Of a stretch of DNA of 64,000 nt, positions 9,541 to 22,258 are shown in pieces. The position numbers and the translations under genes were made by a program. The stretch is from contig CAVNZM010000004.1 of the NCBI GenBank assembly GCA_963693365.1, positions 12,819,088-12,883,087 of the forward strand. The letters run 5' to 3'. The notes beneath the pieces were generated by a model. That model did no database searches, was not told where the DNA came from, and saw only the letters and a list, made by a program, of their open reading frames with translations. Position 1 is the first letter of the stretch; each line of letters starts with the position of its first letter. Source of the stretch: Amoebidium appalachense. Taxonomy: Eukaryota; Protista; Ichthyosporea.

Positions 9541-9933
9541 ATGGACGCTGGCGCACCCCTTCCCCCACCCAGCCCATTCGCACCCCCTCCCCCGATCCGC
9601 ACAAGCCCGCGCAGCACCCCCGGGCCCTCCCCCATCCTACTGGCCATCCTGGCCGGCCTGATCCTCTACGTGCTCTGGGACACGTTCAGCCCACGTGTGC
9701 GGCGGCGCCTGGCAGTGCTCAAGTGCCAGCGTGCGTGCCCAATGTGTGCCAGCTGCGGCAGCTGCGTTCCCCGCCGCAAGTGTGCGCACTGCCCCCGCTG
9801 CCACGTGTGCGGTGCCAGCCCCACTCGGTGCGCACAGTGCCCCGCATGCACGCGCTGCCCGCCCGAGCAGAAGTGCCCGGCGTGCCCCACGTGTGCGCAT
9901 GCGCCTGCGGTGGTGATCAAGGAGCGCACTTGA
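9541..9933 (+). CDS. Small single-pass membrane protein with a Cys-rich (CPxC) C-terminus
   Basis: MDAGAP...ILLAILAGLILYVLW...CPMCASCGSC..CAHCPRCHVC..CPACPTC. Confidence 0.65.
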   Translation: MDAGAPLPPPSPFAPPPPIRTSPRSTPGPSPILLAILAGLILYVLWDTFSPRVRRRLAVLKCQRACPMCASCGSCVPRRKCAHCPRCHVCGASPTRCAQCPACTRCPPEQKCPACPTCAHAPAVVIKERT

Positions 9934-9969
9934 AGGGTTGGGTGAGCAGAGATTTTTGTGGCATAGAGT

Positions 9970-10230
9970 ATGGCGTACCAATGGGAGTACAAGCTGAAGG
10001 AGGAGCCCGGCAAGGCACCCGTGGTGCAGGCAACTATTGTGCCGACCGAGGCCACCACCCGGCGGACGCAGATGGAGCAACGAGCATACGCACAAGAGCT
10101 TGCGGAAAAGGGCTATATAGATCTGCCCGATGAGTTGGCGGAGAAGTGTGGATTCAAGAAGTGGGTGCCGAAGAATCAACGACAGACAGCAATTGTACTG
10201 CAGAAGATGATGGAGCCTGAGGATGCATAG
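9970..10230 (+). CDS. Hypothetical protein, 86 aa
   Basis: ATG-initiated ORF directly downstream of the Cys-rich gene with protein-like composition. Confidence 0.55.
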   Translation: MAYQWEYKLKEEPGKAPVVQATIVPTEATTRRTQMEQRAYAQELAEKGYIDLPDELAEKCGFKKWVPKNQRQTAIVLQKMMEPEDA

Positions 10231-10421
10231 AGACCTACACACAAAGGATGAATGGACTTACACCACAAACATGGAAAATGTAAATGACGAGAGAATCTCC
10301 ACAAACATGGAAAATGTAAATGACGAGAGAATCTGTTGGGATGTTTAATTTTGATGAGCTGGAGTCTATCTCCCCCCCCCTCCCCTTCACCGTTCAATGA
10401 AAACTTGGTAGCATGTGTATC

Positions 10422-10564
<143 letters not shown>

Positions 10565-10805
10565 CAATGTACGTGCCAGTGTGCTTGTACACAGATTGAA
10601 AAGGAGACTTGGGGTATATTAAATGGAGTCTCTCCCGCTACCACGGGCAAATACATTCAATAATCATTACGGAAACTTGGTACTGTTACCGGGCAAATAC
10701 AATATACATGAAAATTTGGATAAGATTGAAGCAGATCACATTCGAATAAACATTACAGAAAACTTGGTATGAAAACTTTGTACCACGTCTTTCCTCCACC
10801 ACACC

Positions 10806-11360
10806 CATCACAAACCCCTATAGATGTGGATGTGTGCCTACTGCCCACACCACCACAAATACGTTTCCCCCACCGCACCCACCACAAACCCTAAGTAAGA
10901 TGTGAATGTGGGGCCTACCCGCCGCCACCACTACAACTACGTTTCCCCCACCGCACCCACCACAAACCCTAAGTAAGATGTGAATGTGGGGCCTACCCGC
11001 CGCCACCACTACAACTACGTTTCCCCCACCGCACCCACCACAAACCCTAAGTAAGATGTGAATGTGGGGCCTACCCGCCGCCACCACTACAACTACGTTT
11101 CCCCCACCGCACCCACCACAAACCCTAAGTAAGATGTGAATGTGGGGCCTACCCGCCGCCACCACTACAACTACGTTTCCCCACCGCACCCACCACAAAC
11201 CCTAAGTAAGATGTGAATGTGGGGCCTACCCGCCGCCACCACTACAACTACGTTTCCCCCACCGCACCCACCACAAACCCTAAGTAAGATGTGAATGTGG
11301 GGCCTACCCGCCGCCACCACTACAACTACGTTTCCCCCACCGCACCCACCACAAACCCTA
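10806..11360. repeat. Minisatellite, about 7 x 78 bp
   Basis: CACAAACCCTAAGTAAGATGTGAATGTGGGGCCTACCCGCCGCCACCACTACAACTACGTTTCCCCCACCGCACCCAC; abuts the stop codon of JmjC gene 1. Confidence 0.95.
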
Positions 11361-11684
11361 GGCCACATTCATTTTGGCTTCCTCCTCGAACTCCTTGATG
11401 TCAGCCTTGTACTTCTCTCTCAGCTTTTTCCACTGTGCAGGGGACACCTGTGGGTTGATAGTTGGGTGTAAGTGGTAGTCCAGCCAGGTGATTTGTTTAT
11501 GCAAGGCTCAGACATCACTGTATGCCATTACCTCAAACACACCCACGCACCCACCACTACACCACCATGGCACACACCCACAGAAAACGAACTCCTACGT
11601 GTGGACCAGGTCAAGAAAAACTCTGCAAGGACCCAAAAAACCGTTTTTACGAACCCCTACATGTAATTGTGAATGCTAGGGCAT

Positions 11685-11748
<64 letters not shown>

Positions 11749-14700
11749 GTGTTTGTTTGTTTGTTTTTTTTTTTTTTTTTTTTTTTTTTTTTGGGGGGGG
11801 GGGGGGAGGGGGGGGGAGGGGGGTTACCTTGAAAACGTGTTTCCTGTCAGTGTAGCCACACGTGCATGCCGGGGGGGGCTTCTTGCCAGCGACCACAAGC
11901 CAGTTGACCGTGGCAAAATTTACCGCCTCGGCCAAGCTGCTACCAGTAGCATACCCAAAGTGGTATGCCCCAGGCAATGTGTAGATGACCTCGCCGGCCT
12001 GCTGAACCGTGTGCTGCACAGGAACACCCTTCTTCATCAAGTAACGGGGGTGGATGAACACAGACTGTCCCACCCACATGTTAGTCATATGAAAAACCGG
12101 GTGGTCGTTTTTGTAAGTGCTTTTTTGTTTTTTGTTCTTCACGTCATTCACGTCAGTGTCTACCACTCCCTCTCTCTCTCTCTTCTTGTAGTCCTCTGTT
12201 GTGTGTGTGGTCGTTTTTTTTTTTTTTTTTTTTTTTTGGGGGGGGGGGGTGGTGGTGAGGGATTACCTTATGCTGTGTGACTTTCTTGCAGATACCGGCC
12301 CCCCGAAAGGCCAAGCCTCTTGTAGATATCCTCGAGGATAGACGTGACCTGTCCATTGTACTCTGCACTGATTATATACCAGCTTTTGTCTCCGGGCCCA
12401 CGGGTCATGATGTTGACACTTCCGAGCAGACCGTCTTCTGTGTGGGGCACAAACGGAGACCCCGTCGTGACACTGCAAGGAGGCATGTGATTGGGGTTAA
12501 AACAATAATTAGTTCCGACTTCGATGTGATCCAATACATTCCGAGAAGACCTGACCCATACACATACACCCAGGATGGTTCTGTGAACAAAAGGGGCATT
12601 CTGCAAACCTGCCTTTTTTCCCTTTGTTGTTTGTTGTTGTGTTTTTTTTTTTTGGGGGGGGGGGGGAAGGTGTGGGGGGGCATACTTATAGAGCATCGGT
12701 GTTGAGATGCCCTCACAGTTCTGGAACTCTCTCGATACAATCGAGCCCAGCGTCTCCAAGCTGAACATGTAGTCGATTTCTTCCCTCACTACCTGTACAC
12801 ACACCACATTGCATCAACACAACATACACTCTCCGCACAAACACACGCACACACCCATGCCTACACAACATGCACCCTCTGCTGCACACACACGAATACA
12901 CCCATGCCTACACAACATGCACCCTCTGCTGCACACACACGAATACACCCATGCCTATACAACATGCACCCTCTGCTGCACACACACGAATACACCCATG
13001 CCTACACAACATGCACCCTCTGCTGCACACACACGAATACACCCATGCCTACACAACATGCACCCTCTGCTGCACACACACGAATACACCCATGCCTATA
13101 CAACATGCACCCTCTGCTGCACACACACGAATACACCCATGCCTACACAACATGCACCCTCTGCTGCACACACACGAATACACCCATGCCTACAGAATAC
13201 ACCCATGCCTTCACAACATGCACCCTCTGCTGCACACACACGAATACACCCATGCCTACAGAATACACCCATGCCTTCACAACATGCACCCTCTGCTGCA
13301 CACACACGAATACACCCATGCCTACAGAATACACCCATGCCTTCACAACATGCACCCTCTGCTGCACACACACGAATACACCCATGCCTACACAACATGC
13401 ACCCTCTGCTGCACACACACGAATACACCCATGCCTACAGAATACACCCATGCCTTCACAACATGCACCCTCTGCTGCACACACACGAATACACCCATGC
13501 CTACAGAATACACCCATGCCTTCACAACATGCACCCTCTGCTGCACACACACGAATACACCCATGCCTACACAACATGCACCCTCTGCTGCACACACACG
13601 AATACACCCATGCCTACAGAATATTACACCCATGCCGCCTTCACAACATGCACCCTCTGCTGCACACACACGAATACACCCATGCCTACACAACATGCAC
13701 CCTCTGCTGCACACACACGAATACACCCATGCCTACAGAATACACCCATGCCTTCACAACATGCACCCTCTGCTGCACACACACGAATACACCCATGCCT
13801 ACACAACATGCACCCTCTGCTGCACACACACGAATACACCCATGCCTTCACAACATGCACCCTCTGCTGCACACACACGAATACACCCATGCCTACACAA
13901 CATGCACCCTCTGCTGCACACACACGAATACACCCATGCCTACACAACATGCACCCTCTGCTGCACACACACGAATACACCCATGCCTTCACAACATGCA
14001 CCCTCTGCTGCACACACACGAATACACCCATGCCTTCACAACATGCACCCTCTGCTGCACACACACGAATACACCCATGCCTACACAACATGCACCCTCT
14101 GCTGCACACACACGAATACACCCATGCCTTCACAACATGCACCCTCTGCTGCACACACACGAATACACCCATGCCTTCACAACATGCACCCTCTGCTGCA
14201 CACACACGAATACACCCATGCCTACACAACATGCACCCTCTGCTGCACACACACGAATACACCCATGCCTACACAACATGCACCCTCAGCTGCACACACA
14301 CGAATACACCCATGCCTACACAACATGCACCCTCTGCTGCACACACACGAATACACCCATGCCTTCACAACATGCACCCTCTGCTGCACACACACGAATA
14401 CACCCATGCCTTCACAACATGCACCCTCTGCTGCACACACACGAATACACCCATGCCTACACAACATGCACCCTCAGCTGCACACACACGAATACACCCA
14501 TGCCTACACAACATGCACCCTCAGCTGCACACACACGAATACACCCATGCGTAGTACACAACATGCACCCTCAGCTGCACACACACGAATACACCCATGC
14601 CTACACAACATGCACCCTCTGCACAAACACACGCACATACACACACATGACACACACGTACCTCACTGGTTGTATGGGTGTTTTTAAGAGGTGTCAGATC

Positions 14701-15440
14701 CGTTCCGTAAAAGAACATTTTACTGTAAGTTTCCGGTAAGCAGTCCAATTGCCCCCAGAACTCCTCCTCATCCAACGGGTCCCCCTGCTCAATCGTGTTA
14801 GCTCCTGTTCACGGTAACCATACCCTAATGGTTGCAAATACGCACCTCTGGAATTTGCTCTTTGATGTCGTCCCTATAAACGAGGAAGACATCCTTGATG
14901 GTGGTAGCCTCCAGACAGATCTTGGTGTAGGATTTTCTCACTGGTGTGGCCCAAGCAGCCTCTTTCAGCCCCTGCACTACCGGTTCGGGAAGCATGAACT
15001 TGACGGCACCAGCTGCCCGAACCTCGTGTCGTTTTTCCATTACCCTAACTATCGTCTCAAATGAGAGCTTTTCTAACTGCAGTTGGCTGAGATGTTTCAC
15101 GGGTACCTCGGTGAACCCCACCGACTCCCCTGTCTCCGCCCCCTGCTGTTGCCCCCTATCCGCCTCCTCCGCTTCTTGCTCTGTGTGTGTGTGTGTGTGT
15201 GTGCCATGCGTGTGTGCACGTGTGTGCCGGGTGTGTGTGCATGTTTGTGCCGGGTGTGCGTGTGCGTGTGTGTCGGGGTGGGGGGTAGGATTAGCCAAGG
15301 TGGATGCACGTGTGCAGGTGTGTGCTCTCTCTCTCTCTCTGTGTATGTGTGTGGTGGTGGTGGTGGTTGGGTGTGTGTGGCGGGGACTAGTCGAGGTGCC
15401 CAGGTGCATGCATGCGTGCAGACGTGTAATGGCTTGTGTG

Positions 15441-15486
<46 letters not shown>

Positions 15487-16950
15487 TAGCCTGGCAGGTG
15501 CATGCGTGCGTGCAGACGTATGATCCCTTCCGTGTGTGTGCGGGGAGAGGGGGGATAGCCCAGGTGCATGCATGCGTGCAGACGTGTGATCCCTTCCGTG
15601 TGTGTGCGGGGAGAGGGGGGATAGCCCAGGTGCATGCATGCGTGCAGACGTGTGATCCCTTCCGTGTGTGTGCGGGGAGAGGGGGGATAGCCCAGGTGCA
15701 TGCATGCGTGCAGACGTGTGATCCCTTCCGTGTGTGTGCGGGGAGAGGGGGGATAGCCCAGGTGCATGCATGCGTGCAGACGTGTGATCCCTTCCGTGTG
15801 TGTGCGGGGAGAGGGGGGATAGCCCAGGTGCATGCATGCGTGCAGACGTGTAATGGCTTGTGTGTTGGGGGGGGGGGGGGGGGGGGGGGAGCGGGGGGAT
15901 AGCCCAGGTGCATGCGTGCGTGCAGACGTGTGATCCCTTCCGTGTGTGTGCGGGGAGAGGGGGGATAGCCCAGGTGCATGCATGCGTGCAGACGTGTAAT
16001 GGCTTGTGTGTTGGGGGGGGGGGGGGTTACCCGGCCTGAAATCCCAAGGAGATGTGTTGCGGGTGTGGCGGTAGCCCTCTGCCCCCCTCTGCCCCTCCCT
16101 CTCCTCCCCCATCCCCACCCTCTCCCTCTCCCTCCCCCTCCCCCCTCTCCCCCCTCCCCACCCCCACCCTCTCCCTCTCCCTCCCCCTCCCCCTCTCCCC
16201 CCTCCCCACGCCCACCCTCTCCCTCTCCCTCCCCCTCCCCCTCCCCCCTCCCCACCCCCACCCTCTCCCTCTCCCTCCCCCTCTCCCTCCCCCTCCTCCC
16301 CCCTCCCCACCCCCTCCCTCTCCCCCCTCCACTCTTGCCCGCTTTCTCGGTCGGTCACTCGTCGGTGCAGGTAGCTTGAAAGCGGGGCTGCCTGGGGGGC
16401 TACGTGCAGCCCCATCCCACCACACTTTCCATCCGTGCTTTTTGAAGATGCGACAAATCTGGAACTCCCCCGGCAAAGTACCCACCACGGCAGGTATGCG
16501 ACTGTAGTCCTTACTGCCAGGATACAGAGAAATGCGACCGAGCTTCACCGCCCAACCCTCACTCGAAAACGGATGATAGCTGTGAAGATCATAAATCTTC
16601 CATCGAGGACCACCAAATCTGAGAATCCAGGCTACAACTTCCGGGATGCCCATGTCGTTTTCGAATTCGTGTAGGTTGTAGTTCTTCCTGCAACTAGGAC
16701 GTCCGTCGTCCAGTTCAATCAAAAAAACATAAACATGTTCTGAACCCGTTGGCATCACCAAATATATGATCGGTGCGAGTTTTTTTTTTTGAGGATGACG
16801 ATAAATACTCTGACGTGTGAGTAGCCTTTTACCGGTAAATATAACTGACGGATCAACGTCGTTCGAAAGCCTAAATGTGGGTGGGTCGAGTGGTATGCTG
16901 CTCGGGAATGCACGAGTGATGAGCGCCAGAATATTGCCGTTAACAGCCAT
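11358..16950 (-). CDS. KDM4-like JmjN/JmjC 2-oxoglutarate/Fe(II) dioxygenase (putative histone demethylase), gene 1, spliced; one apparent frameshift
   Basis: GT-AG exons in consistent phase: 15180-14846 (JmjN-like AAGAVKFMLPE), 14784-14662 (EFWGQL..FYGTDL), 12792-12686 (EGISTPMLY), 12472-12267 (PFVPHTED..SVNIM..KSWY..CKKVTQHK), 12064-11828 (QQAGEVIYTLPGAYHFG..AEAVNFAT..CTC), 11447-11358. One extra G in the run at 12299-12304 breaks the frame. The link to the 16950-16330 exon is tentative. Confidence 0.85.
12851..14625. repeat. Intronic minisatellite, 47-bp unit, about 1.8 kb
   Basis: ACACCCATGCCTACACAACATGCACCCTCTGCTGCACACACACGAAT with 19-bp insertion variants; lies within intron 12793-14661. 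Confidence 0.97.
15400..16010. repeat. Minisatellite, 66-bp unit with poly-G interruptions
   Basis: ATAGCCCAGGTGCATGCATGCGTGCAGACGTGTGATCCCTTCCGTGTGTGTGCGGGGAGAGGGGGG at 15555, 15621, 15687 and onward. Confidence 0.93.
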
Positions 16951-17065
16951 GTTGCTGTGTGTGTTTTTGTGATGTGTGTAATTGTGAGCACCCTCTGCCT
17001 GTAAGACTGTCTGTGAGAGCGCTCTGTCTGTGTGCTTGTGCCACCGTGTTGTAGCGCTCGTGCTT

Positions 17066-17207
<142 letters not shown>

Positions 17208-17504
17208 AATCGTTCCTAGGAAAGCTCGTGCATGCGCGCGCTATGTTTTTTGTGTCCAGTCTAACAATGTTTGTGTTTAGCAGAACTCGTTTGTGTGTGT
17301 GCTCTGTTTTCGTATCCCAAACAATCTACGATTGTGTGCATAAGCCTAAAATGTGCCTCGCACAGGGAAACATGAAGGAAATTCTATGTATCTGTATTGG
17401 CTAAAAAAGGGGACAACTGATAGCGCGGTGTGCACAGGTTATTATAACAAGTTTCTTTGTTGTTTTCGTTCTGTTTTTGGCAATCTAGCCTATTTGTAAT
17501 TACA

Positions 17505-17770
17505 ATGGAAACATGTACAACAGCAGCGCCGGGCGAAAGTGACACGAACTGGTGTGGTGCGCTTGATTATGTTTGAAACATGCACAACAGCAGCGCTGGG
17601 CGAAAGTGACACGAACTGATGTGGTGCGCCTGATTACGTTTGAAACATGCACAACAGCAGCGTTGGGCGAAAGTGACACGAATTGGTGTGGCGCGCTTGG
17701 TTATGTTTGAAACATGTACAACAGCAGCGCCGGGCGAAAGTAACACGAACTGGTGTGGTGCGCTTGGTTA
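17505..17770. repeat. Tandem repeat, 4 x 67 bp
   Basis: ACATG(C/T)ACAACAGCAGCG..GGGCGAAAGTGACACGAACTGGTGTGG at 17511, 17578, 17645, 17712. Confidence 0.92.
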
Positions 17771-19248
17771 TATTTGTTCGTTCGGGAATCAAGATGGACT
17801 CTTGTAATTTCTCCGTTGTATATAGAGCGCAAAGAGAGTGTTGAACATATATTCTCATTTCGCAAAGCTTGAAGCAAGCAAGAAAATCACGTTTTTGATG
17901 ACTGGCCAATTAATGTTTTGTTCAGTTTGGCCAATGGAATCACTGATTGGCGCGTACGTGATAATAAGCTAATCAGTGAGATCGGCTAATAATAGTTTGG
18001 GTAGCAAGGCCAGCCTGCCCAACCAAGACCCTTTTGCGAGTAACAATTGTGATTTATTCTAATAGGCAATAAATATTAAAAAAGCATAATTTATTTATGT
18101 TTATTGATACTTTACGCGGACACAGACATTTGCTTGGAATTTTGTTTGGAAAGGGTCCTGTGAATCTGGTCTTCGAAAAGCGTTGCAGCCTTGAGTCACG
18201 GTGTATTGACCAACTAGATTGTACCAATGCCGATAAGCGCTTGCCTAGAGTACCAGTGCCCGATCACGTTGACCCAACCATTATTCACCAATCACCGATT
18301 GGTTTTGTTGGCTGGCGCATTTACGTGATGACTGGCCAATGAAATTACTTAGTGACTGATAGCAGCACCGACCCTGGAGCGTTTTGACTGAGCAAGGAAT
18401 AAGGGAAATCCTAAAAGAGGGTTGTATGTTTTATGACATATAAGGTTCTATAAATAAACAACCATGCGCTTGGGATTTTGGTTGGAAAGCGTTTTGTATT
18501 TGCCCAATTTGAATCCGATGCTTCGATTTCGGTCAATCAGAATACCCTGAGCATCAGCGCCGCGAATCACGTGGGGCAAGAACCAACCCCTATGCACCAA
18601 TCAAACGCTTGCACGTAAAAAGGTCCGCGAATAAGATGTTGTGAAAGCGTATATCCTTCGATGTTTTAAACTAGCGCTCGTTTTGTCCTGTATATTATAT
18701 TTTTATTTCGTATATTCACCTTTTTTATACAGTTTACCTGTGAACCAAACACGATTAGAGATATATTCGCTAACAGCGCCAAAAGGTTCTGTTTTTCTTA
18801 TGCTTGATTCTCGTAACATAAGATCGTATTTTGCGCAATGGCTTCACATAAATTATTGATGACGGTTTTTTTATATCAGTTCACAGCGCTGTCATTTTCT
18901 ACTTTTCTGATTCTTTTGTTCATGGCTGTGTTTGCACACGACGGTGTTTGCCTAGAGAAACGTAACACTCTCTTTTTTTTTTCTTTTTCTCTTGTTCACG
19001 ACTGGGTTTGCACAGGACTGTGTTTGCGCAGAGAAACGTAACACTCTTTTTTACTTTTTCCTTTGTTCACAACAGAGAATCGTATTCGTAGCACTTTCTT
19101 TTTTTTTTCCTTTTTCCCTTGTTTTTTTTTTTTCCTTTTTCCCTTGTTCACGACTGGGTTTGCACACGACTGTGTTTGCGCAGAGAAACGTAAGACTTCC
19201 TTTCTTTTTTTCCCTTTGTTTATCCTTTTTTTTGTGAAAACTGTCACG

Positions 19249-20172
19249 ATGGATTATTCCCAGCAAGCTCCCGGGTCGGGGTCATACGAAACCAACATCA
19301 GCAAGTCCGCCGACCCCGTCACAACGCAAGCCCCCCCCCCATCCAACCCCCCCCCACACTCCGGCGGCGAAGTCCCCTCCCCAACCAACCCCCCCCCACA
19401 CTCAGGCTCCGGCGGCGACGTCCCCCCCCCCCATCCAACCCCCCCCCCACACTCCGGCGACACTGCTCCCGTCGATCCAAAAATGTTCGAAGAGTACTTG
19501 GAGACTGTGTTGCAGTCGAAAGTAGACAGTGCCATTGCCTCTGCATTGGCAAAGGTCGGTACTGCGGCCACTGCACCCGCTGTCACCACCCCAACCACCG
19601 AATTGCAGGAGAAGCTGGAAGCCGCAGAGAAAGAATTACAAACGAAGGATCACGACATCCAAATCCTTAAGGGGGAAATTGCCGAGCTAAAATCGGCGGC
19701 GGCCAAACAAAAACACCTTGCAGATGCAAAGGAACAGGTGTTATCGGCAAAGAATCGGGACCTCGAAGGGCAGCTTGTTGGAAAGGTGGCCGATATCCTG
19801 GAGCATCAGACTGAAGGGGAAAGATACCGGGCCGAGATTACCAAGCTTCAGTCACACATTGCGACCATGAGGGAATCATACCGTAGAACAATCGACGAGA
19901 GCACACAGAAACTTCGTGATTGGAATGACCCCCAGCCCCTCCCCGACATTACCGTCCAACACGGTCTCGCCCCCCCCCTCCCCCCCCTGGTACGACCAAT
20001 CAAAATCCCATCCCCACCCTCCCCCCGCCCGGTACCACTCAGCCCAAAACCCCCCTCAACCTCCCCCTGCCCATTCTCCCCCTCCCCCCACCTGTCATGC
20101 CCGTACCCCCCTTCAATCCGTCCCTCACCACCGTTACCAGCACCCAATCCCACACTTTTGGTGCCTCCATGA
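19249..20172 (+). CDS. Proline-rich coiled-coil hypothetical protein; true end may be 20312 if C-runs are mis-called
   Basis: Start MDYSQQAP at 19249, PPPHSG repeats, long heptad region ELQEKLEAAEKELQTK...; an out-of-frame protein-like tail (..ETALDEEFIFWMV) ends at 20312. Confidence 0.65.
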   Translation: MDYSQQAPGSGSYETNISKSADPVTTQAPPPSNPPPHSGGEVPSPTNPPPHSGSGGDVPPPHPTPPPHSGDTAPVDPKMFEEYLETVLQSKVDSAIASALAKVGTAATAPAVTTPTTELQEKLEAAEKELQTKDHDIQILKGEIAELKSAAAKQKHLADAKEQVLSAKNRDLEGQLVGKVADILEHQTEGERYRAEITKLQSHIATMRESYRRTIDESTQKLRDWNDPQPLPDITVQHGLAPPLPPLVRPIKIPSPPSPRPVPLSPKPPSTSPCPFSPSPHLSCPYPPSIRPSPPLPAPNPTLLVPP

Positions 20173-20414
20173 TGTCGAACCCCTCTGCATATTCCCAGGG
20201 TTCAAAGAGAGGGGTGTCAGATATTTCTTTTGGTGTGTACAAACGGCACCGCCAGGAAGAGACGTCATTTGAGACGGCATTAGATGAGGAATTTATCTTC
20301 TGGATGGTTTAGTATCTTGTGGTTATTATATATGTACAAGTCTTGTTTTGCTGTTTTCAACCGATTAAATATCGATTGTATACAAAGAAGTCCAGGTCCC
20401 TTTTGGTACACACT

Positions 20415-20435
20415 TGCATGCACGTTCAAAGTCTC

Positions 20436-20466
<31 letters not shown>

Positions 20467-20762
20467 ACTCCCTCCCCATGCATGCATGCCCGTGTGGCAC
20501 ACAGTTTGTGTGCTTTCATAAGTCTATCGATGCATGCACGTTCAAAGTCTCCCCCCCCCCCCACCTTACCCTAAACCCTAAACCCCGTGCATGCATGCCC
20601 GTGTGGCACACAGTTTGTGTGCTTTCATAAGTCTATTGCATGCACGTTCAAAGTCTCCCCCCCCCCCCCTCCCCCTCCCCACACTCCCTCCCCATGCATG
20701 CATGCCCGTGTGGCACACAGTTTGTGTGCTTTCATAAGTCTATTGCATGCACGTTCAAAGTC

Positions 20763-20796
<34 letters not shown>

Positions 20797-20960
20797 CCCC
20801 CACCCCACACTCCCTCCCCATGCATGCATGCCCGTGTGGCACACAGTTTGTGTGCTTTCATAAGTCTATCGATGCATGCATGCCCGTGTGGCACACAGTT
20901 TGTGTGCTTTCATAAGTCTATTGCATGCACGTTCAAAGTCTCCCCCCCCCCCACCCCCCC

Positions 20961-20991
<31 letters not shown>

Positions 20992-21255
20992 ACCCCACAC
21001 TCCCTCCCCATGCATGCATGCCCGTGTGGCACACAGTTTGTGTGCTTTCATAAGTCTATCGATGCATGCATGCCCGTGTGGCACACAGTTTGTGTGCTTT
21101 CATAAGTCTATTGCATGCACGTTCAAAGTCTCCCCCCCCCCCACCCCCCCCCCTCCCCCCCCCCCACCCCACACTCCCTCCCCATGCATGCATGCCCGTG
21201 TGGCACACAGTTTGTGTGCTTTCATAAGTCTATCGATGTATATTGCATGCACGTT
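20415..21255. repeat. Complex minisatellite
   Basis: Repeated CATGCATGCCCGTGTGGCACACAGTTTGTGTGCTTTCATAAGTCTAT plus GCACGTTCAAAGTCT-poly-C. Confidence 0.92.
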
Positions 21256-21264
21256 TAAAGTATT

Positions 21265-21660
21265 TATTTCCCCTCTTTTTGCACACACAGCTTTGCACAC
21301 ACAGCAACTGTCTTTTTATTGTATCCACTTTGGGTATGAAGCGCTGGCGCTGGGTTTGTCGTATACTCCACTTCGGGGCTTTTGTATGCAGCGCTTATTT
21401 CCCCTCTTTTTGCACACACAGCTTTGCACACACAGCAACTGTCTTTTTATTGTATCCACTTTGGGTATGAAGCGCTGGCGCTGGGTTTGTCGTATACTCC
21501 ACTTCGGGGCTTTTGTATGCAGCGCTTATTTCCCCTCTTTTTGCACACACAGCTTTGCACACACAGCAACTGTCTTTTTATTGTATCCACTTTGGGTATG
21601 AAGCGCTGGCGCTGGGTTTGTCGTATACTCCACTTCGGGTCTTTTTGTATGCAGCGCTGG
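21265..21660. repeat. Tandem repeat, 3 x 131 bp
   Basis: GCACACACAGCTTTGCACAC at 21281, 21412, 21543. Confidence 0.93.
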
Positions 21661-21681
21661 CGCGGTGACACGTCAATCGGA

Positions 21682-22002
21682 TTAAAAGTCCGAGTGACTT
21701 GTTTGTCTCAGAGCGGTGTCGTACTCCGCAGCACCCGTCTTCTTATTGAAATAGTATATGACTGCATACATCAATGGTGTAACCAATAAACATGTGAGGA
21801 CAATAGCAGCGCTGACGTACACCAGATACATTTTGTTCACTTTCTCTCTAGCATTCGGTTCGGACTTCATTAAATTGTACCAGTGTATATTTGCAACGAC
21901 ACTGCATATAGATATCACATAAAGAATGCCTGTGGTGACCGTGCTGTCGAACATGTACGTGTACCTCACAAAACTTTCAGTATCCGACGTGTTACACCCC
22001 AA
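21682..22002 (-). CDS. Possible two-transmembrane protein fragment; start uncertain
   Basis: Two hydrophobic segments (GILYVISICSVVANI; YLVYVSAAIVLTCLLVTPLMYAVIYY). Confidence 0.35.
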   Translation of the reverse strand: MGCNTSDTESFVRYTYMFDSTVTTGILYVISICSVVANIHWYNLMKSEPNAREKVNKMYLVYVSAAIVLTCLLVTPLMYAVIYYFNKKTGAAEYDTALRQTSHSDF

Positions 22003-22258
22003 AAGTGACCTCTCTGAGATCTTGCCTGTGGTACAAACTCTTGATGCCGTGTTGCTCTTGTGTTTTACCAGTACCCCTCTCTCCAGATGCCGAATTTAGA
22101 TTGGAATTCGTGAATACACCCATGTGATTGGTCAGTGGTTTGGCACCAAGAGATTGATTGATATGCCATCAACCAGTCAACAAAAAGTACTCGCTTTTAC
22201 TTTTTGTCTCGCTTCACCCCAATCCAAGAACAGTGCACACCAAAACAAAACACTAGAA

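Noticed and set aside
12809-14739. Three overlapping ~600-aa ORFs on the + strand
   Set aside because: Translations of a stop-free 47-bp minisatellite inside a JmjC intron.
20565-20586. CCCTAAA telomere-like repeats
   Set aside because: Only about two units inside a minisatellite; too short for an interstitial telomere.
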